DNA of 58,058 bases, the filler included, from Sphacelaria rigidula (Eukaryota): the NCBI GenBank assembly GCA_964200075.2. It is 9 parts of 9 records of this genome, joined end to end, with 100 filler letters (N's around TTAATTAATTAA, not from the genome) between each part and the next. Parts side by side here need not be neighbours in the genome. Positions count along the whole stretch, not along the records: positions 19,389 to 25,750 come from CAXNAA020020526.1; positions 25,851 to 32,212 come from CAXNAA020020527.1; positions 32,313 to 38,674 come from CAXNAA020020528.1; 6 more parts are not named here. One strand, written 5' to 3'. Below are positions 22,936 to 37,170 of the stretch, in pieces. Below the pieces are notes generated by a model. The model made no database searches. It was not told the DNA's origin and was given only the letters and a program-made list of their open reading frames with translations. How positions within the stretch are numbered: position 1 is the stretch's first letter; each line of letters starts with the position of its first letter. A program made the position numbers and the translations under genes.

Positions 22936-25463
22936 GTAGTTGGAGCTCGGAAGCGGTACCAGTTATAACTGGCCATTATCATTATAATGGTAATATTGGC
23001 AGTGGTTGTATGAAAAATTTGGACAATGGTTCCAAATAATTATTTACAGTTACCGGCTCTGTAATCCGGTACCGGCTATGTATGCTACATACCGCCTTTG
23101 AAAAATTTGCTCAAAATTTACGTATTTCTCAGCTCTCGTAACGCCAAATCGCTTGAAAACGTGCCTCCGGCACGGTGCCTCCAGTGGGGTCCTCCAGGGG
23201 CGCCTCCGGCGGAACCCCCCCTGCTGGGGGGGCGGGGCTTTTCGGCTCGCGGCTGCCGCTCGATGACCAAACCAAAAAGTGCGCTACGCGTAAGCATTCA
23301 ACTGGTAAATGGTGAGACAAGCCATTTTCGAGCTCTAATACTAGTCCATTGCTTCAGCAATAGACGGGTGAAAACCTATCGATATATATATATATATATA
23401 TATAAATATACGTACATACATACATATATTTAAGCCGCACAGGACCCGGGGCTGCGCCCCGGTCCCGTCCGTCTTTTTCTCGATATTCTTTCCTTGCCAA
23501 GCCCTCGTGAGAATAGATCCTCTCTCGAAATGTTCATGCCTGCCGAAAACTTTGCGGGACCACCGCGATCGCGCGTCCGTTCGAACGTTTGCGAACGCAT
23601 GTGTACCCCCGCACAAAGTAAAGCACGAATCCGCGAACCGGGCCCCTAGCATTAACATTGGCCCTAACAGTCATCTCCCGGGGCGGGTGCGGAGGAACTT
23701 ACACACTAAAATCAGCATCGAATCTCGTGGACGCCTCATTACAAACTATGCTCCACGCTCGTGACTTGGAAATATTCTCTCTATATATATATCCTACATT
23801 TTGTCGAGCGCGATAGATGGTGGAATACGTATTTTGATATGTATCGCAAGGAACAACAGAGGTTGCAACAGTCGATCAATAATCCATGGCATTGACAATA
23901 GATGGACATCACTGGCCATCGATGGACATTGTGTACCGCAATAGATTCTGGGATATTTATATAGATCCCTCTTGCCGCCATCGATGGGTTTGGTGAGCGA
24001 TCCATCGGTAGCCTCTGCCGCCAACAAAGCATCTTTGTGTGTCTATCAATATGGTCATTGCCTTCAACAGTCGATTGTTCTCGGGAGTGTATCTATTGAT
24101 AGCCAGTGACGCCACCGATAGGTTTTGATAAAAAATATTGCTCATTGCAGTGATCTCACGACATCAACGGCAATACTCCTCACACATGGACACGCGACTA
24201 CCGGAGGCGATAGCTGGCCATAGCTTCTGTGGAATAAGGTGAAGAAATACATTTGAAAATGTGCATATATGTCGAGATCGCCATTTTGGTACGTGCGTAG
24301 AGATTTCCTGTTATAGCGTGTAATCTAGTGAACGGCTGTTACAGGGGTAGTTCCCGGCAGACCCGAAACTCCCACATCTGTACAGCCGGATCTGGGACCC
24401 CAAGGTTACAGGGATCTTTCCACCGAACTGCTTTCAAGCCCTGGTGATGACTTCCGGCTGACTCGCTCGCGCTCGTCGAGCTCCTCGAGTTATCTAACTG
24501 CCCAAACCCCACGGGACTCACAGCCAGTCCTCGACTACATAACACGAGAAAAAATCGACCACCTTCGATGGTTGCTGCCGTCACTGGAAGTCTCACGACC
24601 TCCACATATACAGTGCTAGTGATCGACGCCATTGAGCTCCTCTTCTGGTCAGCAAGAGAAATTGGTGGCCGCGATTCACATTGCATTGTGACCAGCGGTA
24701 TACATTGGTGACCGCGATTCATATGATTTTGTTCCCCGCAATAGACATACGTGAGCGCAATTTAAATCATATTGTGACCAACTATATGCATTGGTGGCCG
24801 CAATTCAAAGCCTATTGCAACAAATGAAATGTATCGATAAACAACTTGGCCTCTACATTGTCATGGCAATAATATATCTTGTCCCTTGTCCCGAATCTCT
24901 TGTCGTCTTCAATATAATAGCTATCCACAGGCAATGACGCGAGTCGATTATGCCTGACACTGAACATTGACTGCCAATTTTTAGGGGCTGTTGCAGAGGC
25001 AATGTTCTATTACGTAATCTTTTGTTCAGGGTATAAGCACGTCTCACCCACACAAAAGTACTGTAAGCGCCCCTGTCTATCGCAGGACAAACCATGAGTA
25101 CCAACGCCACCCCGACAACAAACCTCGAAAACGTTTTCCCACACATATTGCGGATTCCTACAACATGCAACCGTTCCAAGATTGCAGAAACGTGACGTCA
25201 TGTTCACAAGTAGTATTATCATATACCCACTGCATTTTCACCTGCGGCTTCTCTACCATACTTCAACGAAGTATAATATGCTGTGAGCATAGTGTTGCCT
25301 TGTAGGTGTGGCAATAGACGACAGAGATACTCTATCGGCGGGCATTGTATCCCACAGTGCACTCTGGTATGTTTCCATCGATTTTCATTGCCGACGTGCA
25401 CAGATTTTGTACGCGGTGTGTCAAAAGCGATTACTGGCATGAACAGATTTGGTATACAATCCA

Positions 25464-25750
25464 TCAATAGCCATCACCATCAAAAGTATTTACTATTTCT
25501 ATGCGTTCTCTCTCGTCTTTGCGGTTTCTAGTCCATGTCCATCGCGCCTCTTTGCTCTGTGCTCTATCGTTCAGTGTCTTCATCCCGTTATGCTCAATGA
25601 ACTTGAGCATTTTCCCCCCCTTCGTGTTCTTATCTTCCCCGTATTGCCCAATGGTATCATCCGGTTGACCTGCTCTTCCTACCCTTGCATTAAAATCTCC
25701 CACTAGCATCACTTCTCCTTGCCCTTCATACTTCCGTACATCTGCTGCTA
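25464..25750 (-). mobile_element. LINE AP-endonuclease fragment
   Basis: VMLVGDFNARVG...GKMLKFIEHNGMKTLN...WTW. Confidence 0.88.
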
Positions 25751-26534
25751 NNNNNNNNNNNNNNNNNNNNNNNNNNNNNNNNNNNNNNNNNNNNTTAATT
25801 AATTAANNNNNNNNNNNNNNNNNNNNNNNNNNNNNNNNNNNNNNNNNNNNCCCCCCGCGGTTGTCTCAGACCGCCCTTTTTGCTTTTTTTTACATTGTTG
25901 TTGTTTTCTTGGCGCTTCCCCCCCCCCCCCCCCCCCCCCCCCCCCCGCCCCTCCCGGCGGCCCTGATTCGAGCACTAGCAGAGCCAAAACCCAGGGTAAC
26001 TAGACTGGCCGTGTGGATAGAAAGGCTATCATCTGCTCATAACCGAGGAATGTTGCACGTAGGGTCTCTGCGATATTTTGTTGATCAATGAATCACGTGC
26101 CACAGACGATGGTGTATCTGAATCGGAGGTACAGTGGCGGTTTAATGTAGAGAGATAGCACGAGAAGACACTACACACTAGCGTTTAGATACACAATTTT
26201 TCCCGCAGTTGAAGTGTCCCTATAGCCGACTAGGTATGTCCCCTTTTGGACTTTTTTTCGGAAAATCTTTACCGAAAACGTTGGCAAAACATGAAATTAA
26301 CGACGTTGAAAATTGACCAACGTCACGGTCTCCCCACCAAGTGATGGCTCAAATGAACCGAAGGGTAGTCACGCCAGCACGTTGGGACACGGGACTCACG
26401 CAACAGACGTCGGCCTGCCTCGAGCTAGCTAGATATGATGATTATGCTCGATCCGCCAAGTTCTTCGTTAGTTGTTCCCATTTTCGAGCCGATGCCTTGG
26501 CAATAGAAGTTCGAAACTAAAGTCTATAAACGCA

Positions 26535-26650
26535 GTGTTTCAGTATTGTTTGTCTCGGGTACGTCTATCACGAGACCACGGCTGGATCCCTGGGGGTCAG
26601 TAAAAGTGCGACAATCAATCAATCGATCAATCAACCAATCAATCAATCAA
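26535..26650 (+). mobile_element. 3' end of a second non-LTR retroelement family with a (CAAT)n tail
   Basis: GGTACGTCTATCACGAGACCACGGCTGGATCCCTGGGGGTCAG...GCGA(CAAT)n; inverted copies at 56701-56880 and 57123-57315. Confidence 0.72.
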
Positions 26651-27103
26651 ACGCCAAAGTTATTCATTGCATCCCAGGATTAGGGTTGGCAATGGAAAAC
26701 CTCCATCATTTTTTGATCTCTCGAACCCGTGGTCACGATATAGCAAGCTCTAATCGCATGTTCGTGTGCAACTCATGTCGTGTCAACAGTTCTTGAGGTT
26801 TGAATTTTTGACTCGAGGTACAGCAGTCATCGCAGAAAAGGAAGCACCAACATGAGTAGGCGTGATTTCACTTACGTCCCGTGTTCCTCGATAGTAGCTG
26901 GTGCACGAGCAATTTCTTCTGCGCATAATAATCGTGGAACGCAACGCATGGGCTGTTGTGTTCCTAAAATACTAAGCACGTTGCATTTAAGGGAGAGACG
27001 CATCGCCGTGGTCGCCAACTCGCCGCAATACCGACACCCTTTACAGTTCCGCGCCCCCCTCCCTACGACCGTGATTTGAATATGACAATATTTGCCAATG
27101 AAG

Positions 27104-30100
27104 GATTGGTTCCTCGGGTCATCTTGGGCACTTGGTATCCCCACGTTGGGAGGCGTGCCTTACTCAAACGGGCGGAATCAGGAGAGCAGCAGCGAGGCAG
27201 TCAATGCTTACGATGCCGTTGCCTTGTACGGACACGTCATGGCTCAGGTTGGTTCAGTCGAATGTTTGGTGGTTTTCGGTCGCTTACTTAGTCGGTCGGG
27301 TGCGTGGGTGGGTGGCCGCGTGGCGGTGCGTTGCGCGTTTCCCAACTAGGCGTACGGTAGCATGAAAATCTGCTGTCCGTGAAGATGTGACGTGATAGGG
27401 ACTTTGCAGCCGTTGGAATCATCACGCGATACTGGTGCGTTCGGCTTGTCCTGTTGTGGCGTTTGGTACCCCACCCTTGATCCGGTGACGTAGTTGCTAG
27501 CCGCAGAGGGCCGGAAAGCCGTGCTCTGGAAATCCCGAGTGATACGGGCAGAAAAGGCGTTATCTGGAGACCCCGAGTGATAAGAAGTGGGCGTTTTGGT
27601 TCGATGTTGAACACACAATACCATTTGGTTACCGCATGAGCTCAACGGAATAGACCCTGCCTGCTTACCTCGTGAGTATTGTTGTGCTGTATTCCATGTG
27701 CTGTTGTTTCGAATCTGACTTGCCTAGTATGTGCTCGGTGGTTCGTTTTTATCTTTTTGTTTACTGGCTGAATCGTGAAAAATTGTCCATTCCATTCCTG
27801 TCCCCGTCCTTGCTCGTCTGAAACACGTCTTGTATAATCGCTCTGCGTTCATCGCGTGGCACCGTGGATTTGGGGTCCGAATACGCCCTAGCTCGCGAGG
27901 AAATCATCGCCCTCTACCGCACGCCGTTTCTGCTGCTAACGTGTTCTGTTTTTCACTCTCGTAGGTGTTTTCTCGGGTAGGAGACTCGGCCAAGGCGAAT
28001 ACAGCGTCTCTCATCCGCGACACCGGACGACAACTGCTAGCCACCGAGGTCCAGGTGCGGTGAATCAATTATGTAAACATCGCGGATAACATGAGACATA
28101 TGTATGTGCTACGTATATATGTATGATGGCCGCGGCTCCGTTGTTGATGTTTCATTCGCCGCAAAGGCGTACATGCCTCTGAGAGCAGCGATGAGCACGC
28201 ACGCTTCCCAGTACGCTGTACTCGACAGATGGGCAGTGTGACAACGTGGTTGAACGCTTCTGTACGACGCTAAACCCGAGGGAGTTGCCCACTTTGTGCC
28301 TGGCTTGGGATATGGCAGGAAGAGAGGAGTGACACGGCAACTGATAGTCGCACCCGAATCCGCACAATAACATGCGTGCAGGGATCACTTTGCCCCTCCC
28401 CTACCGAGATGTGGTACCATGCAGGGCTTAGTAGACAGCCATGTCACACTGCCTCCTACCCCTGCTCGATTTGTTTTGCTAGGGTTAGAGCCACGCTTTC
28501 ATGAGAAACATCACCGAGGATTAGAAAGGCCTTGTCGTGTGCTATCTTGCCTGGCATCCAGCAATCATCTCTGGGCTGGTGTACAACCGTGCAGATGTCG
28601 GGTGTAATGTATTTCACCACACTTTGACAAGCAATTGAGCGTTCGATTACCCGTTCGCAAGGATAAACAAGGGTTTCGAGTACGCAACGGGAAATGCTAG
28701 GACAGTATTCCCGTTCTAGAAGTCCCGTAGAACAGCTCGGCGGTTGGATTTCCCTACATGTGTAGCGAGGCGACTCTGTCAAGCCCTGACACAAAACATA
28801 GACACCGCTTCACCTCACGCCGTCTGCGCACCCACACACTCCCTCCCTCGTCTCGTCTTGTCCCTTTGTAAATGCCGAAATCTCCAGGCAGCTCAGACAT
28901 ACTGGCAGGTGCACAAACCGGGTACTCCTGGTGTGCCGCGGGTGTACCCCGAGGCCTACAAACCATACGTGGTAGGCATGTTGTGGAGCACACTCGCGCA
29001 GATGCAGACGTGGTTCGGGTCGGAGGCGTGGAAAGTGTACGGAATTCAGGTATGGAGCACGTGCTACTTGGTGGTGTATCGTGTTGCGCAGAATGCAGCG
29101 AAAACGGCTCTGGTAGGGTAAAATTGATTTCATTCATTCAGCCAGATCGCCATTACCGCTCGTTACTCCCTATCCTATGTCTGAGTTGCTTGCCGTTATC
29201 GCACATTATGGGAATAGTTGCTGCCGAGTCCGGTCTTCAAAAGTAACTGTGGATCGCGATTGAGGGAACTCGCTTTAGCGTGAGGCGACAACGTCGTGGC
29301 CCGGGTGAAATATGCCGGCTTGTAGACTTGCACCTCTCGCTCTGCAGGTACACGGGCAACAGGATTGGGTTATTCCCCAGCGCAACATGGTATGTAGCAT
29401 TTCATCAGGGCGTATCCACCGTTTTGCTCCGTCCCTTCAAAGCCTTTTGGTCAGTTAAATGACTATCCCTCTCCCGCCTCCGTATCACAGGGGTAACAGT
29501 TGGGCACGAAAACAGGGAAATGAACCAGGGTTAGAATCGCGGCCTTACAAGGGAGGAGGGGTTGGTGGAGGCACGGTAGCGGTTATGCAAGAAAATGGCG
29601 TGGAGAAATTTCGATACGTCGTGCACTGGACTGTTGAGCTCTCTATGTTTTCATGTGAGCTTAGATGTGGGTGGTAGCTTCAATGTGCGGTAGAGATCTG
29701 CTATCAAAGTTGTGATTATCACATGGCAGGCAGTAATACAGAGAAACGAGAACGAAAGTACTCAGAAACAACATAAAACTGAAGATAGCTGCCGATAAAT
29801 TACCGGGTACTAGTGTATGGACACTGAAGTCGCAGCGTCCGTCTTCCTTTCCCCATCCTCCCGCGTCCTAAAGTCATGTGAATGCCCCCCTGCTTTGAAT
29901 GATTACGTCAAACGTTACAGTATTCACCACCCCGCTCTATTCGATTCAGATGCTTCCAATCACCGGTAGGAGCGAGCAGCTGTTGGAGCCGACATGGATC
30001 GAACAGATGTTACCATCGTTCGAGGAGTCGTGTCTTTACGACATCAACCCTATCAAGGCTTGTGTACTGGAGGGTTGGTCTATGCTTGTGCACGCCGGAC

Positions 30101-30116
30101 AGGCCATCACCGGTCG
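27104..30116 (+). CDS. Glycoside hydrolase family 81 endo-1,3-beta-glucanase, internal exons 27104-27247, 27965-28054, 28888-29049, 29950-30116
   Basis: DWFLGSSWA...NGRNQESSSEAVNAY is the GH81 catalytic motif; also LLATEVQAAQTYW, VVGMLW, TWFG and YGIQMLPIT. All exons have AG/GT boundaries and join in frame. Confidence 0.93.
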
Positions 30117-31394
30117 GTGAGTTTCGGTAATCCGATACAACTGGAGTAGTTCAATTTTCCATGGTTCAACAGTGTAGTTTGTTGTTGTTGTTGTTGTTTC
30201 TGTCCGGCTTCCGCGGTGGCTTGTGATTGGGTTCCTGACAATCACCTCGCTATCAAAATCACTGCGGCGCACTTCACGATGCCTCCTGGTTGGGTTGTAT
30301 CGTCCCGTGTTGACCTGTAAATGCACCCGCCTACGAATCGTTGCTTTCATCTTTGGATCGTGTGACCCGTGCAGAGAGAAAGTACAATGTTCGTTCGAGA
30401 CTCACCGCCGGCACATCCTGCGCAAAGCGGATACGACATTTAAGAGTATCAGACACCCGCTGGTGTCTCTACTCCACCCGTGATCATGAGGGTCGTACAC
30501 CGCCATATCTAATCACCCCACCCAGTAGGGTTAACCGGATCTGGGCTACAATCTGTTCATAGTTTATATTGCTGTTGCAAATATTGGCTCGGGGTCTGTG
30601 GTACTGTCCTAGGGATAGATCGACTACCGTCGCGCGGGCAGTAGTGTATGGCAGAGGTTGCACAGTGGTGATTAGACGACTTGTTTTGCAGCAGACATAA
30701 AATGAAAATGACGGATGTTTTTTCGGAGCGCTTCACTTGGCCGAAACAAAATCAAAACAGCCTCTATTGCATGCAGAGAGGGCTGAAGGAACGAAATAGA
30801 GTGATTGCATGGGCGGTGGAGGTGACCGAGTCGAAGCATACTCAATCCTGCAACAAAAAGCCAAACTCGTACACGTACGTAAGATCAAATCGTACCATCC
30901 AACTCAAGATCGCTACTGACGCGGTAGCCTTGCCAGCTTTTAGCTTAGGTCAACTGCAAACTCACGCACAAGAAATGTGTTCACTTTACCTGGCCTAGGT
31001 ACTCTGCTGGAGTATCTTTCACAGACAAATCATGACAACACGCCTACTCCAGCAATATCCTACTTGAAACGTCACTCAAACAAGTAGGCCATAAATGATC
31101 ATATAATAGGCACTCCGCGAGAAGGCGCGTAGCTCGTGATTTCTTTGAACCGTCATGTGTTGTACCGCTTGTCTTTGCTGCAACGACTTCATTTAAACGC
31201 AATGGATGTAGACTGTATCATCTAGATTCTCAACAATTACTTGATTTGAGTATCAACGACGATACTCATATATTTAGTGGGGCTTGATAGTCCCGTGTGC
31301 TCCTAGCGTGCGCAGAACGCGTTTTCGTCGAAATCGGCTCCCATCGATGCCCTTTCAAGGTCTACCAGCGCCACACTTTGCCTGGGGAACCCTG

Positions 31395-31605
31395 TGTAAT
31401 GCGTGAGAGGACCGCGGGCTTAGAGGACCGCATCGGAATTTGAACATCCCTATGGTCAAGGTTAGGGTCAGGGTTAGTGTTGGGGTTATAGTCAGGGGCG
31501 TCGTACCTGCAGGTACTGGCCCGATTGATTTTGAAAAACGTCGATCCTAAGGTGTTTCGAACTACGGCACGGTCCTCTAAGCACGCGGTCCTCTCACGCA
31601 TTACA
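31395..31605 (+). mobile_element. TGT...ACA MITE copy 2 (degenerate telomeric tract)
   Basis: Same TIRs as 5270; 5-bp TSD CCCTG. Confidence 0.88.
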
Positions 31606-32147
31606 CCCTGCGCACCTCCCTTGCACGAGGGTTCCGGTATGCGTTGGGTTGCGACTGGGGTTAGCGTTAGCGATAGCTGTAACAAATGTGTCAACAATGG
31701 ACATAATGTAGTCCAACTCCCGTTGACCCACCTCACCCCACCAGGGGACGGCATTATTGAGGGGAGATCGATATGAAAGGGTAACAGTGGGCAGTAAGGA
31801 GGCGTGTTTTCGCGGGTTTACGGTCGTAGATCGTGCCCGATGGTAGTATTGTTGCTACTGAGATAAAACTGTGGGGATCGCATTTTTCAAAATGCTGAAT
31901 GGAATTATTTGGCAAAATTTGGTATATATTGGCGATATCTATGCTACGGCACTGAACGTGCAAAACTTCCTACAAGCAGCACGCTGGTGGTGGTATACAA
32001 TACATCCAGCAAGATCTGTTCATATCTTCGGGATCATTCGTGTTTTTTCATCATACTTCAAAGTCCTTCTTGTCCTCGGAACCAATCCGTAGTCTTATAG
32101 GACCCTCTCGTCTCTCCCCCAGTACATGAATCATGTGGAAGAAACGT

Positions 32148-32212
32148 AATGAGCGCCCGAATGTTGAAGGTGTCTCTATTAGGAGTAGGAACGGTGCTTC
32201 GTCTCGAAAGGG
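32148..32212 (+). mobile_element. LINE 3' ORF-end fragment (cut by the gap)
   Basis: Reverse complement of ~19918-19980 (GVSIRSRNGA.SRKG). Confidence 0.75.
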
Positions 32213-35200
32213 NNNNNNNNNNNNNNNNNNNNNNNNNNNNNNNNNNNNNNNNNNNNTTAATTAATTAANNNNNNNNNNNNNNNNNNNNNNNNNNNNNNNN
32301 NNNNNNNNNNNNCACAAGCAGGTATCACACACGATATCTTGTATCTGATGAAAGTATTCCGAAATTGAGATGCCATTTCTCAGCAGTTTTCGGCTCAAGC
32401 TCTCCTTGTGATTTCACCCATGTACTACTCACTGCCTCCACGATTTAGGCAAGCGCAGAGCGAGAGTGCACGACACGCTCGAGCTAGGTATCCTAGTTAC
32501 CCGCATCCTGAGAAGGGCCGTATACTACAGCAGAACTGCACGATACAAGTAGCAAAAGAGCTTCGCCGTCCATTGCCGCAATTGACTAGGCAACACAACG
32601 GTCAAGATCGCGTACCATAAACGTTCTTCTCTTCAGAGACCCCACCTGCTCACGAAATCTAGTGGCGCGAGAGACGGCGAAGGCATGCTGATACAGCGAT
32701 GAAGGGGAGATCGTCGCCCCAGGAAGACGACTGGGAGGCGGTCATACGCTCACGTCTTGATTGCGAGAGACACGAACTATCGGACGGTGCAATGAGTACC
32801 GTGTCGCGTCTGTTCTGGATGCTGGCTCACGTGTGTCACCGGAGGACGCAGGTGTGTCGTTCTTCAGCCACATCCGCCGGGACTCCTCTCAGCAGGAGCA
32901 CTTCTTCATGTCAGGAATATGGCCAACTAATCACGCCTTACGAAAGGCACTAAATTCCAACAGCGCCTGTGCGGTGACGACGTTTGAAAAGGAATAGAGG
33001 CAGGCGGAGGTGTTGATTGTGATTTCGCCTTATCCCCAGGAAGATCCATCAATCGTCAACACTGACGGTTTGAAGTGCAATGGTCCCTCTCTGGCCGGCA
33101 AAACCGAAAAACGTCTACGACCGCACTCCCAGCCGTTCGTAGTCCCGCCGCATCGCGCGCCCCGACATTAGAGGCACCACATGTAGTTCTCCAACACCAG
33201 CCTGGGCATCGAATGGGTTGCTGTGTTCCCAAGTTCGCCTTGTGAGCAAATGGATTTCTACAATAGCGTCCGGCTACTTTGTTCTGTTCCTGCTCACCGT
33301 CTGGTCTAGAGTGGGTACCGCCGTTTCAGCACAATGTGTAACGGGTCGAGGTCGCTCAGCCAGCCTCTGGTGTTGACCTTCCGCTGACCATGCATGTCCA
33401 CGAGCGCAGTCACGTCATGAGGATACGCAACCGTTGTTGGCCCTACAGATGATATCAAACCACCATGGCCTGACGAGACTCGTGACTTTTACATGCGAGT
33501 CAAGCTGGGTAACTCAAGGCACATGATGCGTAGGCATATTGGCTTGCAGTGCAGTCGACGCAGCAACTGTCTTCTGGGTCAAATGAGTGTACAGGCAACT
33601 TTGGTGCAGCACACAGCCTGTTGGTGGCTTGAGGTCGGCCGTTGCGGTGCGCTTGGTTCAGGGCGAGTTGAGTTTTCGGGGTGCCCACCGAGGATATTCT
33701 GCTCATGTACATGCTCATGAACCTTTGGACTCTGGATGGGCAAGGCAAGTTGGGAAGCATTGCTGCAGCCGTGTTTTGGAGGGCCGGAAAGAAATCGTGC
33801 TTGCATGTTGCCCTCGTTACCGGGCAGACTTCAAACTTCGGAGTCCGAGCACCAGCCTGGCGTGGGGTTTCAGCTACTTGTTCGAAGCGGCGATAAGGAG
33901 GGTCCAGCTGAGTGACGGAGAAACAGGCAGGAGGAGTAGCCTGTGAGTGGTGATTCACCGACAGGAGAGTGTGCACCGCGATTGCGTGGCGCCGGGCCTT
34001 GTCATGTGAGGTAACTACGGTACGGTAGTAACTAGTGTGCACATGTACAGCTTTCATTTTAGTTCCACCGGTACAATATGTTCCCCTTTCCCGCGGTGGC
34101 AGTCCATTCCATCACCGCGCCCGGACAGCGTATTGTTCTGTTGTCTGTCTGGGTCGCATATCTGTACTACAACTGTACTTTCGGTTATACAGGGCGCATA
34201 CGAAATGTTCCGATATCGTGTATTAGTCCCTCTCGGTCCTGGAGATATGTATTCATGGTCGCCGTTACACCTGCCGACAGCGCTGCCCGGCGACCATGAC
34301 AGTCTGGCGCATGTTTTGCGTCCGCCCGGTCAATCTCTCGTGTTTCCTCTTCAGTAGTGTAGTTCAGTCCAGTACTATTATATGAGAGGACCTGCCTCGT
34401 CGCACTTCATTAGCACTGCGTGCACTGTTGACACCGCACTGCTCTGTTGTTGTGTTCTTTGTACAGACAGTCATCTACCCCTTACGAGCTGCAGAGCCGA
34501 CCGAGGGGTACACGGGTTCGTAAGGACAGTTTCTATCTGGCATAGCACCCTCTTGTCTGTTTCTCGCGTCACATATCCAGCAGCCGCGAGCATAGCATAA
34601 CGGTGTGAAGCTGGGCATGGTTAGACTGGCGTAGTTCTTGTCATTTGCTCGAATCATCGCATTTGGAGCCGCATCCGCTAGAATGAAGTGCCTGGTACAA
34701 ATTCGTATAACAGAACTGGATCAAGGTGTCGATTCCTGCCAATACCTCAGCACACGGCACCGATGAAACCTTGGGTACACATGTCTTTCAACCCTGTTAC
34801 GATGACGCAGTCCGTATAGGTGCGTACATGTCAATGAACCCACGTTGCGTGTTTGGATTTTGTGCTGCGCTGCACATGCAGTGAGGCGGGGTCTCATCAG
34901 AAGTGATGATCATCATTAAAAAATCACTTTTGGAGAAGTGATTGCCTCCACAACGACCAGTGCCGCGTCTTATCGACAAGCGGTTTTGTTCAGATCGAAG
35001 CCCAGCTCTGCGCACAGGGGAAAAATGCGGTGGTTCTAGACGTGGCCGTTAGCTTAATATCTCTGTACTGCTGTGGACAAGACGCACAGAAGTAGCACAG
35101 CACCGACATACCTAGCCACGAAAACCGATGGATAGACATTCACCACTCATGCATTAGCTCAAGCGCTAGCTCTTCATCTACACTCACCAGCCTTTGTTTG

Positions 35201-35859
35201 ACGGAAATCCACCCAGTTTTAGATGAAAGGCGGCCGCGCGCGTGTAAAATAGCAACCGAAAACGTGCTGTTGCTGACTGTTTTTGAGCGTGTGCGGTGCG
35301 CGCTTCTCACGCAAATAATCACTTCTGCCTAAATTCTAAACCGATTTGAGCAAGGTCACGCATAGCGTGCTCAGCTGATGAGCAGCAATGAATGAAGCGG
35401 TGTGTTTTGGCTCGGGAAGGCAATGCGATCCTCAGGTTCACGTCTGATTGTTTTGACTTGTCTGTCAAGACTTCGGTTATGCCTCTGACAACGGGATGTT
35501 TTATGTTCCCGTTTGAGGTGTCACTAAATCAGTTTCGTAAAAGTGAGTTTTTGGCACTTTTCCGGGGCGGGGGAGGGGGGGGGGGGATCGCAGCAACCCG
35601 TCATCGGTCATTTTTCACACAAGTAATTTCTTGCAAAGTGATGATCACTTCTGATAAGACCCCGCCTTAGGGGGTGTCCCAGAACTTTTTTTTCGATCGA
35701 AGAAGTGCGGTCGAGGTTTTACTGTCGATCTGATGGGTCCACCGCATTTATGTCTCTTGAAGGTTTCAACTCAGAAATGTAATTAGCGGCGCGCGGAGAA
35801 TAATGCAATTACAGGGGGGGTCACGGTTTAAGAGAGCTCAATTTAAGAGAATTGCCGGT

Positions 35860-36194
35860 TTAAGGCCGTTTCTTCCGGTTCGTATCTTGTTTGGCTCGTA
35901 TTTTCCACTTTTAGGACATTTGGCAAGGTTTTTGACCCCCAAACAGGGAATATCGCCACCACACGTCTTGGACACATTGTATCACCCCTTCTGCAGACTG
36001 TGCAATATATGTTTTTCTCGTATTTTGTCCAGAGGCCGCTCTCGAAATCTCTGACCCAAGCGAATCGGAAAAGTGGGCTAGGCTACTCTCGGTGGGGTGA
36101 TACAAAGTGTCCAAGACGTGAAACCTTGTCAAATGTCCCAAAAACAGTGGAAAATACGAGCCAAACAGAATACGAACCGGAACAAACGGCCTAA
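35860..36194. mobile_element. MITE with ~70-bp TIRs
   Basis: AGGCCGTTT.TTCCGGTTCGTAT..TGTTTGGCTCGTATTTTCCAC is inverted at the right end; internal part related to 11600-11850. Confidence 0.8.
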
Positions 36195-36248
36195 CTCATG
36201 AAAAAGAACCTTTTGGTACCGAGGTAGATTTTTTCATGCTTTATTCAT

Positions 36249-36570
36249 TGTGTGTTGTTGTCCCCTTTATTCTGGGCGCCAGTCGACCCCTTTCGGGATA
36301 TGTGGGCACATCAGCCGGGGTCACACAGGAGGAAGGTCTACACAGGAGCTTCTTCTTCTTTATTTGTTTTTAGTACTCTACCTTCCGCGGTACTTGCCTT
36401 TTTATTTTTTAACGCGAGAGGGGCTCAGCAGTCCCTTTCCCTCGTCGACTGTGAAGTCGAATTTTGTGTACCCACGACATAGTCGCTCTCCACTGCATGG
36501 TGTAGGAAAAATTCCCAGATCGCTCCGAGAATCGAACCCCACAACTCAGCCATCAGATGGTAACGAGGTC
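36249..36570 (-). mobile_element. SINE copy, near full length
   Basis: Inverted match to ~2500-2830, including the B box (GGTTCGATTC) and tail. Confidence 0.87.
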
Positions 36571-36784
36571 AAAGTATCTACGAATATGACAACCAATAAA
36601 CCTTGACTCTGACGTAAAAAGTCGCGCGCGCATAAACCACACAACAACACAACAGCCGATGCTGCACCGCTGTGGAGTGCTCATCGTTCCTGCTCGTCAT
36701 AAATGAAAAACAATTAGATAAGAGTGGTATACGATAGAAGACCGATCCTAAATAATATTGGACTGCTCCTTGTGTTGTACCTAC

Positions 36785-36983
36785 TGCAATGCATGAGAGG
36801 ACCGCGTGCTTAGAGGACCGCACCGTAGTTCAAAATACCTCAGGATAGACGTTTTTCAAAACCAATCAAGTCAGTCCTTGCAGTTACCGCGCCCCTGACC
36901 CTAACCCCAACCCTGACCCCAACCCTTGGTGTGTTCAAATTACGATGCGGTCCTCTAAGCACGCGGTCCTCCCACGCATTACA
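36785..36983 (-). mobile_element. TGT...ACA MITE copy 3
   Basis: Same TIRs; TSD CCTAC; internal CCCTGA/CCCTAA/CCCCAA units. Confidence 0.87.
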
Positions 36984-37170
36984 CCTACTGTTTGTACAAG
37001 GCCAGAGTCTGTTTGCCGTTTTCTCTGTCCTTTATCCATTAATTTTGCGGGTGGCGGCGGGAAGGGGCGGTCACCTGGCCGGTTTAACCACATATAGACA
37101 TGGAACGTTTTGGCGTGGTTAGTGGGGATATAGGGACGCCTCTTTTCTTGAGGAGATTCAAGTCCATACG

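Noticed and set aside
20342..23039. Plus-strand ORFs of 150-200 aa
   Set aside because: They are antisense shadows of the degenerate LINE.
32640..34060. Coding-looking region (e.g. VAYPHDVTAL, vaguely RT-like)
   Set aside because: No second supporting motif; it cannot be assigned without a search.
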